Part shown: one piece after another, positions 1 to 15,253 of the stretch
How the letters are laid out: each line of letters opens with the position of its first letter
Position numbering within the stretch: the stretch's first letter is position 1
Source: the human T2T-CHM13v2.0 reference genome, Homo sapiens
NCBI RefSeq assembly: GCF_009914755.1
Contig: NC_060935.1
Strand: one strand, 5' to 3'
DNA: 64,000 nucleotides
Made by a program: the position numbers and the translations under genes
Notes under the pieces: generated by a model
What the model was told of the DNA's origin: nothing
What the model saw: only the letters and a program-made list of their open reading frames with translations
Database searches by the model: none

Positions 1-273
1 TTCTTTTTGTGGCTTGATGGCTTTTATTCCTTTCCGCATTTCCTTTGTGAATATTGCTTTCTTCGTTATGCCTTTAACTGGAATGGGTGAGGATTCTGGG
101 ACCCTTTGTTTAGCAGAAACCTCATGACAGAATCTTCTATACCTAGGTGGCCTCTTTTAGTTTCTGAGCAATAACCCTGTCATCCAGGTGGAATCACAAC
201 TATCTTTTTATATATACGAAGTCCTCACTTCGTTTTGGAATTCCCTGAAAACTGACTTTATGGAAACAATGTA

Positions 274-415
274 CAGGAGGTCCTCCAACACCATTGGTTG
301 TTCAAAGTTGTGTAGTTATACTGTTGATGAAAAATAAGTGGTTCCACTATACATAATTTTGCTTCAAGGTGAAGTTTCCAACAGACTTTCAAAGATGTTA
401 AGTGAGGACATACTG
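274..415 (+). mobile_element. MER6-family (TcMar-Tigger) short MITE
   Basis: Ends CAGGAGGTCCTC...GAGGACATACTG resemble MER6 termini; flanked by TA dinucleotides at 272-273 and 416-417. Confidence 0.7.
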
Positions 416-514
416 TACATCAAATTCATATTCTCTTCCACAGTTCATGTGGAATTTCTTTATAAACTGCTTCTATAGAATCTGTTTAGGCAGGTTATGT
501 GGAGAGATCCACGT

Positions 515-690
515 AGCCGTTCCTCAATCTTGGCTTTGAATCTAATCACCTGGGGAGCTTACAAATGATGAGGCCTGGGTCTCAATACCTGAGATTCTGA
601 TTTCCTTGCACCTGTGTGAGTGTGTGGATTTTTTTTTTTTTTCTTTTAAAGCACCAGAGGTGGTTCCAATGACGAAGTTTTTAGAGGCAT
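515..690. mobile_element. MER5A-like hAT-Charlie remnant
   Basis: aatcacctggggagctt...gagattctgattt...ggtggttccaat motifs; boundaries approximate. Confidence 0.55.
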
Positions 691-731
691 CAAGCTCCAA
701 TGAGTAAGAACAGAAATTAATTGTAATATGA

Positions 732-1172
<441 letters not shown>

Positions 1173-1504
1173 TAGATTTATACACACATTGATTGCTGCT
1201 TTGTTATACACTTGCGTATACATAAGATGGGAAATAGAAAAGAATAAAATGGGCACAGTATCCCTGAAGTTTCACATTCCGAGACATTTTAAAAATATTT
1301 GCTCTTCAGAAATTTGTTTCAATGAAGAAACTGTGGTGTACACACCCAGTGAAGTATTATTCAGCCTAAAAAGGAAGAAACTCCTCTCCGCTGCAGACAA
1401 AATGGATGAGATTGCAGGTCTGTATATTAAATGAAAGAAGCCAGGCACAGAATGACAAATATTTCATGTCCTCACTTCTATGTAGGAAGAAAAAAGGAAA
1501 CCTT

Positions 1505-1807
1505 GGCCAGGTGTGGTGGCTCAGGCCTGGAATCCCAGCACTCTCGGAGGCCGAGTCGCACGGATCACTTGAGTCCAGGAGTTTGAGACCCGCCTGGCCA
1601 ACATGGTGAATCCCCGTCTCTACGGAAAACACAAACAATGAGCCAGGCGTGGTGACGCGTGTCTGTAGTCTCAGCTACTCTGAGGGCTGAGGCCCAAGAA
1701 GCACTTGAACTCGGGAGGCGGATCTTGCAGAGAGCCCGGATTGTGCCTGTATACTCCAACCTGGGCAACAGAAAGAGACTCCATGCCACACACACCTACA
1801 CACAAAA
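1505..1807 (+). mobile_element. Alu
   Basis: ggccaggtgtggtggctca start; tail converted to CA-rich sequence. Confidence 0.92.
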
Positions 1808-2073
1808 GGAATCTCAGGAAGGTGGAGAGTATAAAGGTGGTTAGCAGACGCTAGGAAGAAAAGGGGTAGGATACAGAATGAAGACAAGTGGATAATTGGG
1901 TCTCAAAATACAGAAAGATGGAATAAGTGAGTTCTAGTGTTTGATAGTACAGTATGAAAATTTTAGTTCACAAAAATTGCTTGCATATTTCCAGATGCTT
2001 TGGTAAGTAGCTTCCTAACTTTCTCATTATGCTGGTTTTTAAGCTCTTCTCTTTCTGCTCTTGAAATCATGCT

Positions 2074-2379
<306 letters not shown>

Positions 2380-3417
2380 CATGCTCTATCCTTATCTGTT
2401 GTCTGTTGTTGTTTGTTTGTTTTGGAGCCCAGAAATAACTTCTCACCTATATGTTCAAATGATTTTTCACAAGAGTGCTAAGAAAGCTCATTGGTGGAAC
2501 AGCAGCCTTTTCAAGAAATGGTTTTGGAGAAACTTGATTTCCACATGCAGAAGAATGAAGGTGAACCCTATGTCACACCAGGTGCAAAAATTAACACAAA
2601 CTGGATCAGAGACCTCACCCCAAGCGCTAAAAGTATCATACGCCTAAAAGAAAACATTGGCCACGCTTTCATGACATCAGATTGGGCAATGTTCTCTGGG
2701 ATATGACACCAAAAACATAGGCAACAAAAGAAAATTAGATTCCTTGGATTACATTTAAGTGACAGACACTTTTGTGCAGCAACAAACACTGCAAACTGAG
2801 TGAAAAGATAACCCATGGATTAGGAAAAAGATTTGCAAAGCATATGTCTGAAAAGAAGTTGATATCCATCATATATAAAGAACAGCTAGAACTAAACAAC
2901 AAGAAACCCAAATCCTCCCATCAACAATGGTCATAAGACTCAAGTAGACGTGTCCCTAAAGAAGATATGGCAATGGCCAATAAGCATCTAAAATGATGTT
3001 CAAAAGCACTCATCATAGGGAAGCGCAAATCAAACCAAGAATGTGACACCACACATTAGGATGGATATGATAAACAAACAGGCATTGGTGAGACTAGAGG
3101 GAAGTAGGAATGCTCGAATCTGATCGCAGGGAATGTAAAATCGTGAAGGAACGGGGAAAATAGTATGGCGTGTACTGGAAAAATTAGAAACAGAATGATC
3201 AGATGTTCCCGCAGTTTCATTTGTGGGTACCTACCAAAAAGATTTAGAAGCCAGGAGTGGAAGACAGATTTGTGTACACCGATAATCATAGCAGCATTAT
3301 TCACAACAGCCAAAATGTGGAAGCAACCCAAGGGTTCGTGGACAGATGAATGAAAAACACCCTGCAGTTCCTTCATACAATGGAAGACTATTCAGCCTTA
3401 AAAAGGCAGGCACTTCT

Positions 3418-3753
<336 letters not shown>

Positions 3754-3843
3754 CAGACAGGCACTTCCGACGCAGGCCGCAACATGGATGAATCTTGAAG
3801 ACATTATCGTCAGTGAAATAAATAAATCCCAAAAGGATAAACA

Positions 3844-4140
3844 GGCCCAGGCTCAGTGGCTCACACCTGTAACCCCAGCCCTTTGGGAGGCTGAGCCAGG
3901 CGGATCACTTAAAGTCAGGAGTTCGAGACCAGCCTGGCCAATATGGTGAAAGCTCGTCTCTATTAAAAATACAAAAATTAGCTGGGCGTGGTAGCGCACG
4001 CCTGTAATCCCAGCTTCTCGGGAGACTGAGACACAAGAATCGCTTGAACCCACTATGTGGAGGTTGCAGTCAGCCCAGACCACGCCACTGCACTCCATCC
4101 TGGGTGACAGGGAAAGACTCTGTCTCCAAAACAAAAAAAT
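3844..4140 (+). mobile_element. AluS
   Basis: Dimeric Alu. Confidence 0.93.
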
Positions 4141-4900
4141 TAAACACTGTATGATTCCACTTATCTATCAAGTGTCTAGAGTAGTTAAATTCATAGCGTT
4201 ACTAACTAGAAAGGTGGCCCCCAGGGGTGGGCGAGAGAGAGGAATGGAGAGCGGGTGAATGGGTGGAATTTCCATTTTGAAAGATAAAACTGTTCCGGAG
4301 ACGATGGCGTTGATGGTTGCTAAACAATGTGAACGTACTTAATGTCGTTAAACTGTAAACTGAAAAAGAGTGGAAATTTTAAATGTTTATACTGGCCATT
4401 CTCTATGAACTAATATGTATTTATAATTTTTAATATTTATACGTGGTATATTTTCCCATAATAAAAGAAGGAAATTGAAGCAGTTAGATGTTTAAAAAGA
4501 AAAGAAAGAAGCGAAGAATACACACCAGCTTTCTCCTGATTAGAGGAAGAGCCCCAAAGCTTCTATAGACACTCACTTTTCTCTTCTTCTTGCAATATTA
4601 TGAGGAAACCCTTAGAGGTTGGGCAACTTGGGTGACTTTGGCTAATAAGGAGCTCTGTGCCTTGAGCCACCCAGGCCACAGAATAGTAAATAGTCAGTCT
4701 GTGCCTCCAGCCCTGCAGTGTGAGATTCCAGTCCTGTGGGCTCCACTCCCGTCACCTTTATCAGGGGGCTGATGTCTCACCCTGTCTTCTTGCCAGCCTT
4801 GAGGACGGAGTCTGAGCCTCTATGGTGCACCACGCAGGGAGGACAGTGGACCTGTTCTCTGTGGTCATGGCCCAGCAGAGGGGAAGGGCAGTTCAGTGAA

Positions 4901-5930
4901 TGTAGGCAAAAGAAAGTGAGATCAGACACTTACTGTGTCTATGTAGAAGGGAAAGACATAAGAGACTCCATTTTGAAAAAGACCTGTACTTTCAACAATT
5001 GCTTCGCTGAGATGTTGTTAATCTGTAGCTTTGCCCCAGTCACTTTGACCCAACCACTTTGACCCAACCTGAAGCTCACAAAGGCATGTGTTGTAGGAAA
5101 TCAAGGTTTAAGGGATCTAGGGCTGTGCAGGACGTGCCTCGTTAACAAGATGTTTCCAAGCAGTATACTTGGTAAAAGTCATCGCCATTCTCTAGTCTCA
5201 ATAAACCAGGGGCAAGATACACTGTGGAAAGTCGCAGAGAACTCTGCCCTTGAAAGAGGCGTATTGTCCAAGGTTTCTCCCCATGTGATAGTCTGATAAG
5301 TGGCCTCATGGGATGAGAAAGCCCTGACCGTCCCCCAGCCTGACCCCCGTAAAGGGTCTGTGCTGAGGTGGATTAGTCAAAGAGGAAAGCCTCTTGCAGT
5401 TGAGAGAGAGGAAGGCCGCTCTCTCCTGCCTGCCGCTGGGAACTGAATGTCTTGATATAAAACCCGATTGTACATTTGTTCAATTCTGAGTTGGGAGAAA
5501 AACCGCCCTATGGTGAGAGGCGAGACATGTTTGCAGCAATGCTGCCTTGTTATTCTTTACTCCGCTGAGATGTTTGGGTGGAGAGAAACATAAATCTGGC
5601 TTACGCACACGTCCAGTCATAGTACCTTCCCGTGAACTTCATTATGACATAGATTCTATTGCTCACATGTTCGTTGCTGACCTTCTCCTTATTGTCACCC
5701 TGCCCTCCTACTACATTCCTTTTTGCTAAAATAATAAAAATAATAATCAATAAAAACTGAGGGAACTCAGAGGCCGGTGCCGGTGCAGGTCCTTGGTATG
5801 CTGAGCGCCAGTCCCCTGGGCTCACTGTTGTTTCTCTATACTTTGTCTCTGTGTCTTATTTCTTTTCTCAGTCTCTCGTCCCACATGACTAGAAATACCC
5901 ACAGGTGTGGAGGGGCAGGCCACCCCTTCA
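4901..5930 (+). mobile_element. HERV-K(HML-2) solo LTR, LTR5A type
   Basis: TGTAGGCAAAAGAAAG...GGGGCAGGCCACCCCTTCA, 1030 bp; 6-bp TSD AGTGAA (4895-4900) / AGTGAG (5931-5936). Confidence 0.93.
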
Positions 5931-6234
5931 AGTGAGTGCTGAGGGACGGTCGGGAGCCTTGTTTGTTTCCTCATCCTAAGGACAAACAGGGGAGTGCGGT
6001 GGGCAGATGGGAGGAGACCAATATGCAACTCTCTGCTCAGCAGACTGTGGAGTTCCTGTTCTTGGTTGTGCTGGGGGTCTCAGAAATCTTATTCAAAATT
6101 TTGCTTTCCTCCCCCACTGGTTGTCCTTTTCATAGACATCTCACCCATGATAGCAGGGAATCAGTCCCTCTAAACTATTCCCTAAGAACAACAAAGAGAT
6201 TATGAAGGTGATGATGAGGATAAAGAGGATGACG

Positions 6235-6470
6235 ACAGACACCATGACATCATGAACCCTTACTGAGGGCTTCCTAAAGGCCAGGCTCTGAGCTCTGTTC
6301 TCTATGCAGCTTGTTTCATTTCATCTGCGTAGTCTCCACGTTATTAGTGCACATTTCAGGATGATTTTACAGACTAGAAAAGGCGCAACGGATTTTCATG
6401 TAGCTTGTACCAGATCACGAAGTCAAAAAGGGCGAAGTCCAATTTGAACCAGGCAGTCTAAGTCCAGACA
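6235..6470 (-). mobile_element. MIR
   Basis: ttactgagggctt...attttacagactagaaa...ttgaaccaggcagtct MIR-like pattern. Confidence 0.6.
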
Positions 6471-6862
6471 CATGGCATTTGGCCAGTCCTCTCCCTGCAA
6501 CAAACCTGTCCTCTCAAATCCTTGTCACTCAGGCCGATGGCCCTGCTCACTCTGCCCTTCCCTTTGGGGGTTCCTTGGAGACCACAGATAGACCAGTGGG
6601 TTCCACAATCACTGTGTCATGTATAGAAAGGGCAGCTGAGATCACATCAAGGATTCCAGAAAGAATTGGCACAGGATCATTCGGGACGCATCTCTCCCTT
6701 GCCCCTGTTCCTGGCTTTCTTTACAGCTCTTGACTTCCTCAAAGGAGTCATCAATTCGGAGTTTGGCTTCCATTCCTATTGAGGAAGCTGGAAAGTGTTT
6801 CAAAAATGCTCCTCCGTTGTGCCTGTGGCTAAGACCTCTGAGCTCTGCTTAAAACTTTATGA

Positions 6863-7165
6863 AGCTGGGCGCGGTGGCTCACTCCTGTAATCCCAGCCCT
6901 TTGGGAGGCTGAGGCAGGCGAATCACAAGGTCAGGAGTTCGAGACCAGCCTGGCCAACATGGTGAAACCCTGTCTTTACTAAAAATACAAAAAAAAAAAA
7001 AAATTGCCAAGCATGGTGGCATATGCCTGTAATCCCAGCTACTGGGGAGGCTGAGGCAGGAGACTCCTTTGAAGCCGGAGACAGAGGTTGCAGTGAACCG
7101 AGATCACGTCACTGCACTCCAGCCTGGGCAACAGAGCAAGACTCTGTCTCAAATAAATAAATAAA
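6863..7165 (+). mobile_element. AluS
   Basis: Dimeric Alu with (AAAT)n tail. Confidence 0.94.
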
Positions 7166-7921
7166 TGAAAATTACGAAAAAAAGTGCTTGGATGGGCTTG
7201 ACAAACTTTAGCCATTAGCTCACGTACTACTTTGGAAGGGCATACCTTCAGTCACTTCACCCTTTAATCCCTTTGCTCAAGACTAAAGTTCTGAGAGGAA
7301 GTCTAATCGGCTGAGTTGTGTCCATGTGGGCAGTGCAGGAAAGGATGAAGCGGGAGGCGGCTCCAGGGACGTCTTTGGCTTCTATCATGGGGGGAGCAGG
7401 CGCCTGGATTATCCACCTTAACAAATCTGGACAAAGGAAAACGAGGTTCTCTGAGGAAGGAGACATAGAGCCCAAGGAGCTAACCAAGAGACAAATAGTC
7501 ATCCTGTCTTGTCATTTTCTTTCGCACTTGTGTGTACATTATCTTACACTTATCATTTTGTTTTCTTTCTCTCCTTTAATTGCACCCTGCTGCCAAAAGT
7601 TAAAATAAAATGAAAGTATTGAGATAGCTCAGTAACTGACTTTTGGTCAATTGCCTTTTCCTATAGTGAACAGCTGCCCAAACGATTATCTCTGTCACTG
7701 CAAATTTGCAAGCGTTTGCATGATCACTCCCAATCCCCCAACACAGGGCTGTGTTACAGCACAATTTAGTTCAGTGTTTTGCTCTCTGCAACAGGGAGGT
7801 TCTCATCCATTACAGGTTGCAGTAAAAACAGGGGTACCATAAGCAACCACCTCTTTCCTCAACGATGTGATGAAAGCAAAAGCCAAGTAGCTCCATGTAT
7901 CCAACTTAAAAATATAAAAAT

Positions 7922-8409
7922 TACGCCCGTGGGCTGCAGTTGGACCTATGGCGGCGGCAGCTGTCACTGGGCCTAGCCCAGGATGTGGACCTGGGGACTC
8001 CCCAGAAGGGCAGGAGCGGGAGGCTCACGGAGCGTCGGCGGAAGGCACACAGGATGCTAAAGCTTTACAAAGGCCTCTCGGAAGGGGAGGCGTTGGGACT
8101 CCCTGCGGGGCCCGACCCCCTGGACCCCACTGATCTGAACGGGGCGCACTTCGACCCGGAAGTTTACCTGGACAAGCTGCCTAGAGAGTGCCCTCTGGCC
8201 CAGCTGATCGACAGTGAGACGGACATGGTGCAGCAGATCCGGGCTCTAGACAGCGACATGCAAACCCTGGTCTATGAGAACTACGATAAGTTCATCCCAG
8301 CCACCGAAATTGACAAACAGCATAAAACTGTATGAGGAATTGCAGGAAACCCAGAATTTCCCATATAACCTTGTAAAAGAAGAACAAAGTTGGAAGACTC
8401 ACAAAAAAA
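7922..8409 (+). pseudogene. VPS51P: VPS51 processed pseudogene (5' part only, frameshifted) with an L1-derived 3' segment
   Basis: ATG at 7948 [21 protein letters not shown], +1 frameshift near 8027, then [21 protein letters not shown]...[62 protein letters not shown], matching the VPS51 N-terminus without an intron; homology ends at 8306; short A-run at about 8403-8409. Confidence 0.92.
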
Positions 8410-8449
8410 TGTATATACATATATATATATATACATATATATATATAAA
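8410..8449. repeat. (TA)n microsatellite
   Basis: tgtatatacatatatatat... directly visible. Confidence 0.9.
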
Positions 8450-8829
8450 GTTGTATTTTCGTTCTGTTGTAAATGTTTAGTAATTTCTATTGTGATTTTT
8501 CATTTAACTCATGAAAGGATATTTTTAATTTTCCAAATGTGTGCTTGTGTTTAGCTATCTTCTTGCTGTTGACTTCTAATTTTGTTGCATTATGGTCAGG
8601 AAAATGTGGTCTGGACAATGTCAATCGTATAGTGGATCTTGTTGAGACTTCTTTATGGCCTAATATGTGGCCAGTTTTTTTTTTTTTCTTTGCAAATTTG
8701 CCACGTGGTTAAAAGGAATGTGGATTATTTGTTTTTTTTTAGGAGAGTTTTTATTTTTAAATAGATAAGGTTCTCAGTGTAATTGAAATCTAGCTTCAAT
8801 TAACAATATGCTAGATCTCTCAAACCTTA

Positions 8830-9210
8830 GGATGTTAGTCAGTGTAACAGTAGACTGCTGCTGAGATGAATAAACCCTGAATTCTCAGTGGGTTGGCACC
8901 CATAACATAGTCTGGTGTAGGGCAGGGGTTCTCCTTGGGGGCCCTTGTCCAACAGTGATTCAGAGATTCTGGAGGTTTCCATCTTTTAATTCTGCCATCT
9001 CAGAGTTTTTCACTTGTAGCCATATGGATAGGGAGAGAGGGAATATAGCTCACACTTGCCTTTGATAACCTTGGCCTGAAGGGATTTCTTACATTCCTAT
9101 TGGTGGAAATGCAGTCACATGGTTCCAAACTAACTGCAAGTGAGGCTGGGAAACGTAGTCCTTCTGCATGTCCAGGAAGAGGAATGGTGTGAACATAGCA
9201 TTGTCTTTGA
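8830..9210 (-). mobile_element. Degenerate MLT1-like (MaLR) LTR
   Basis: ttggtggaaatgcagtcacatggttcc...aactgcaagtgaggctgggaaacgtagtc pattern. Confidence 0.45.
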
Positions 9211-9622
9211 CACACTAAGCATGTGCTGAAGAGTTCTTACTCTTATAGGAGGTGTGTCTGTCCTGTGTAACTTTCTCAGTTTTTGCTTAGATAGTTTCAG
9301 GCAATGTTGTTTGGTGCATTCAGCTTGATGATTATTATGTCCTCTTGGCAAAGTAGTCAAGATTCCCATCAGTTTGAATGAAAGTGTTTTACAGATAGGT
9401 CAGGAAATGTTAATACTTTAAAAGGCCCTTCTATTCCTCCACTCTACAGATAAGAAGAACAGAGTCCTAGAGAGAGGAGGTCATGGGTCTCACTCATGAG
9501 TGGCAGAATTGAAACCAACATGGCAGTAACTTTGCCTTTCCCCCATCATGTTCTCCCTCTATCTTCACTCTGCTGATTTCTTCACTTGCTCCATACAGAC
9601 CTCCCAGTGCCAAGTGTATAAG

Positions 9623-11018
9623 TGTGTCCAGAATTGGTGGGTTCTTGGTCTCACTGACTTCAAGAATGAAGCCGCGGACCCTCCTGGTGAGTGTTACAGT
9701 TCTTAAAAGTGGTGTGTCTGGAGTTTGTTCCTTCTGATGTTCAGATGTGTTTGAAGCTTCTTCCTTCTGGTGGGGTTCGTGGTCTCGCTGGCTCAGGAGT
9801 GAAGCTGCAGACCTTCACGGTGAGTGTTACAGCTCTTAAGGCTGCAGGTCTGGAGTTGTTCATTTCTCCCAGTGGGTTCATGGTCTCGCTGGCTTCAGGA
9901 GTGAAGCTGCAGACCTTCTCAGTGAGTGTTACAGCTCATAAAGGCAGTGTGGACCCAAACAGTGAGCAGCAACAAGATTTATTGCAAAGAGCAAAAGAAC
10001 AAAGCTTCCACAGTGTGGAAGGGGACCCCAGTGGGTTGCCACTGCTGGCTCGGGCAGCCTGCTTTTATTTTCTTACCTGGCCCCACCCACATCCTGCTGA
10101 TTGGTCCATTTTACAGAGAGCCTGAGTGGTCTGTTTTGACAGGACACTGATTGGTGCGTTTACAATCCCTGAGCTAGACACAAAGGCTCCCCACATCCCC
10201 ACTAGATTAGCTAGATACAGAGTGTCCACACAAAGGTTCTCCAAGTCCCCACCATAGTAGCTAGATACAGAGTGTCGATTGGTACATTCACAAACCCTGA
10301 GCTAGACACAGGGTGCTGAATAGTGTGTTTACAAACCTTGAGCTACATACATAGTGCCGACTGGTGTATTTACAATCCCTTAGCTAGACATAAAGGTTCT
10401 AGAAGTCCCCTCCAGACTCAGGAGCCCAGTTGGCTTCACCCAGTGGATCCCGCACAGGAGCTGCAAGTGGAGCTGCCTGCCAGTCCCTCTCCGTGCGCCC
10501 ACACTCCTCAGCCCTTGGGTGGTCGATGGGACTAGGTGCCGTGGAGCAGGGGGCGGTGCTTGTCGGAGAGGCTCGGGCCACGCAGGAGCCCATGGAGTGG
10601 GGAGGCTAAGGAATGGTGGGCTGCAGGTCCGGAGCCCTGCCCCACAGAGAGGCAGCTAAGGCCCGGCGAGAAGTCGAGCACAGCAGCTGCTGGCCCAGGT
10701 GTTAAGCCCTTCACTGCCCGGACCAGCAAGGCCGGCTGGCAGCTCCTAGTGCGGGGCCACCAAGCCCACGCCCACCCAGAACTCCAGCCGGCAGGCAAGC
10801 AGCATGCGTAGCCCTGGTTTCAGCTCATGCCTCTCCCTCCACACCTCCCTGCAAGCTGAGGGAGCCAGCTCTGACCTTGGCCAGCCCAGAAAGGGGGTCC
10901 CACCATGCAGCTGCGTGCTGAAGGGCTCCTCAAGTGCCTCCAAAGTGGGAGCCCAGGCAAAGGAGGTGCCGAGAGCGAGCGAGGGCTGTGAGAGCTGCCA
11001 GCATGCTGTCACCTCTCA
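9623..11018 (-). mobile_element. Solo LTR12C (ERV9)
   Basis: Minus strand begins TGAGAGGTGACAGCATGCTGGCAG and ends CCACCAATTCTGGACACA; 4-bp TSD TAAG at 9619-9622 and 11019-11022; U3 tandem repeats with CCAAT boxes at about 10095-10400. Confidence 0.95.
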
Positions 11019-12289
11019 TAAGGAGTGATTAATCTGAGCTTCTCCAGAAAGTCCATTCCTGGTAGGCACTGGGAATAAGAAATCTCAGAGTATAAAAAAC
11101 ATCAAGTGGTAGCACTTTTGTGAATGGCTCTCAAATTAGATCCTTTACCTTTTTTTTTCATGAAGCACAGTTGCACAAATCACGCTTAGCCTGAGATGAA
11201 ACACATATTAGAGAAAGGTTCTCTCTATAACATTACGTGTTACTCAAATGAACATTAAAAAGAGGAGACGGGACATGCTCTCTCTAGCTATTATTACCTC
11301 CACTATACAGTTGACATACACAAGCTCACTATTGCATTATGTTTTATTCAACAAAATAACTTTAATGTTGAAGCTTAAATTGAATTTGTTAAAACATCTT
11401 TGTCTCCAGCATAATGTGCCTCAAGTGTCTTCTTGGTGCCTGAATTTTCTCCAGAATTATAGTGCTGAAGCTATGGAAATGGTGAAATTATATGCAATCT
11501 GCAAAACAATGTGGCTATAACGTGGTAATTGGCCTTCCACATAATTAAAGGAACATTTCCTCATCAGAGCTGTTCCATCAGAGACCCAAAGGCTATCGTT
11601 GTACAAATCACCCACTTAGGAAAACCTTTATTCCCAGTAGCCTATAAAAATCTGGTTATGCAAACAGATTTGCTTACTCAGTAACATTAATGGCTTCTCA
11701 TATTTAAAAAGTTATCAATGTGATTGACCTATAATCTGTTTCCTCTGTGACCAAATGTCATTTTTATTTTGACAGTTAGGAGCCTTTTGACTCTTTCACA
11801 GCTGGCATGAAGGCACAGGGAGGGAAATCTCAAAAACCAACAACCTGTGTATTCCCAGCCTATTAATCAATAGAATATCACTTCAACTGGATTAGGGTCT
11901 TTTACCTGGAAGAAAGGCTCTTATGGACATTGGAATTGGATTTTTACACTTGATATGACACCTCCTTGAGTCAGATCAGATACGTGTTTGATAGACTCTT
12001 GCCGAAAAATTGCTCCAGGGTCTGTGCAGCAGCTAAAACCTTTTTGTTGTTGTTGTTGTTGTTTTAAAAGCAGCATTAAATGTTTTCATGAAGACCTTCC
12101 CAGAAGTGATTTTATTGGGAACATGGTCTTTAGCTCTGGTCCTGAATAACTCACACTGAGGAAACCTCTAACAAGTGTTGTATTGGAAGATGTCTGATGG
12201 ATGGTTGGTTTTAATAACAAATCTCTTCCCTTTTTCTGTCCCCTGTGTTCTATTCTCCTTTCTCTACACATTATTCTGGGAGGATTCAC

Positions 12290-12970
12290 TTATTCCCAAC
12301 GTCGTTTCCTCTTTATTTCAATTCCAGAGCTCTCTGTATAACTCCAGGCTGATGAATCCAACTGCCCAGTTGTTATCTCCACTTGGCTGTCTGTCTTGCA
12401 TTGACCTCATCTTACCTTTCCTCTCCTGATTTCCTCTTCTGCCTGGGCTCACCACGTCAGATTCACACCACCATCCACCCAGCTTCCAAAACACCTGGGC
12501 CTCCTCCTTCATTCCTCCCTCTGTCTCAGTGAAGTTAGTCTACTGTCTCCTCTCCATCCTCACTGCCACAGCCTTGGTCCAGCCAACCATCTTGTCTCAC
12601 TTGGTGTATTGCAACATCCTACCTGATCTACTCACCTCCCACTCTCCTCCAGCCAGACTGCTCTTTTTATAGCACAAAGTGGATCATTACTTCCCTGCCT
12701 AAAAACATCTACTGTCTCCCTTTGTCTACAGGATAAACATGACAAAGAGCCTTTAAGATTTGGCTCCAACTTACCTCTACATTAGTCACTTTTTACAATT
12801 ATATGAACATCTCTCAGCTTCTCACCCTCTCATGTCTCGACTTTTGCACATGCTCTTCCCTCTGCTGGGAATGATCTTCCACACCTCTCCTATCGACCTG
12901 GCTAATTCCTACCATATTCTAGTCTTCAACTGAGGAGTCCTGTGGTGGAGAAGGATTTCTGACCACCTGA
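12290..12970 (+). mobile_element. L2 fragments
   Basis: ctcactgccacagccttggtccagcc, ttgcacatgctcttccctctgctgggaatgatctt L2 3'-region motifs. Confidence 0.6.
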
Positions 12971-12973
12971 TAG

Positions 12974-13464
<491 letters not shown>

Positions 13465-13852
13465 TGACTCAGTGTCCTGAGGTCGGCTCTAGAGCTGTGC
13501 ACACATGTTCAGACATTGGAGCCAATCTTGTCTAGCGCCTCTTTTGAGGTGGCTTGGAGAAAAGTCAGTAGGTACTTCTCCAAGGATGAAACAGAAGTTT
13601 CACCTAAATCAGGAGTTCTTCAACTTCAGCCTGCATTACAATCCTCTGAGAGCTTGTTAAAAATACTGTCTCCTAGAGCCCATTCTTCAAGAGTCAGTGA
13701 GTTGCTTCATCATCAAAATATATACAGAATCCAGCCGGTCTTCAGCGCCAGCCTGGTCTGAGCCACTGTGGACTCCCACCTGCAGAATCTCACTGCTGGT
13801 CTCCTTTCTTCTGCTCTTACCCTCTTATCATCCATTCAAGTAGCCAGGGTGA

Positions 13853-14138
<286 letters not shown>

Positions 14139-14886
14139 TAGGGATTTTGATGCAGAGGCCTGGGTGTCTCATATCTCCTCCCATCTCTTTCTATGTTTCT
14201 ATCTCTGTCTCTGTCTCGGTCTACCTCTCTCTCTTTCTCTTTGCCTTATAGCTGCCCTGGGGACTAGACTCTGCCTTAGGCATCCCTCTGACTCCTGTTT
14301 GTTTTTACACTGAGGCTGCTTTAAGTCGCACCTTGATCTGATGCCTTGGGCTTCTGTTCCTATTGCTTGCTTTTGTTGGAAGGGCCGTGCAGCTTCTTGA
14401 CAAATTGCAAAGATGCCCACGAGTTTCCAAGTCCTCAAAAACAAAACCAGATGACAAACAAGGATGCAGCCCACAGCTGGGGAGACAGATTTCATGTCCA
14501 CACAGAGGTTCAAAGATGCTGAACTGAAATCCACCCCGAAACCTGTTTTCTCTCTCATTTAAGTTCAATGTCAGCTGGGGGATTGCAGGGCAGGGCTGGT
14601 GACCATTCACAGGGCAAAGATGCTTTGAAATGTCAACTGAGAATGGTGTGGTGGTTGACAGATGGCACGTCAGGGCATAGATTAACATGGAAAGAGAAAC
14701 TCACCCCTTAGGGGGAGAGTGTGAGGCTGGCAGCCACACAGAGGGCTTTTCCTGCGAGCTCTCGCACAGATGCAAACAGCCAGGAGGTTTTGCTTTCTGA
14801 GCCTGAGTGGAAGCATGTTCCTCCCTGAACATTGCCGCTCAGCAGCAAATGTTTATTCCTGTTGTATTGATTAAAAGTGCTTACCA

Positions 14887-15253
<367 letters not shown>

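Noticed and set aside
5025-5070. Short tandem repeat CACTTTG(A/C)CCCA(A/G)C in the LTR
   Set aside because: The same triplet repeat is present in the second LTR5A (about 53432-53472), so it is a family feature and not locus-specific.
10095-10400. Repeated units of about 40 bp superficially like a repeat-spacer (CRISPR-like) array
   Set aside because: These are the known ERV9 U3 enhancer repeats, with no unique spacers and a eukaryotic context.
9691-11028. Several ORFs up to 144 aa with repeated motifs (SLASGVKLQTF)
   Set aside because: LTR12C internal tandem repeats, not a gene.
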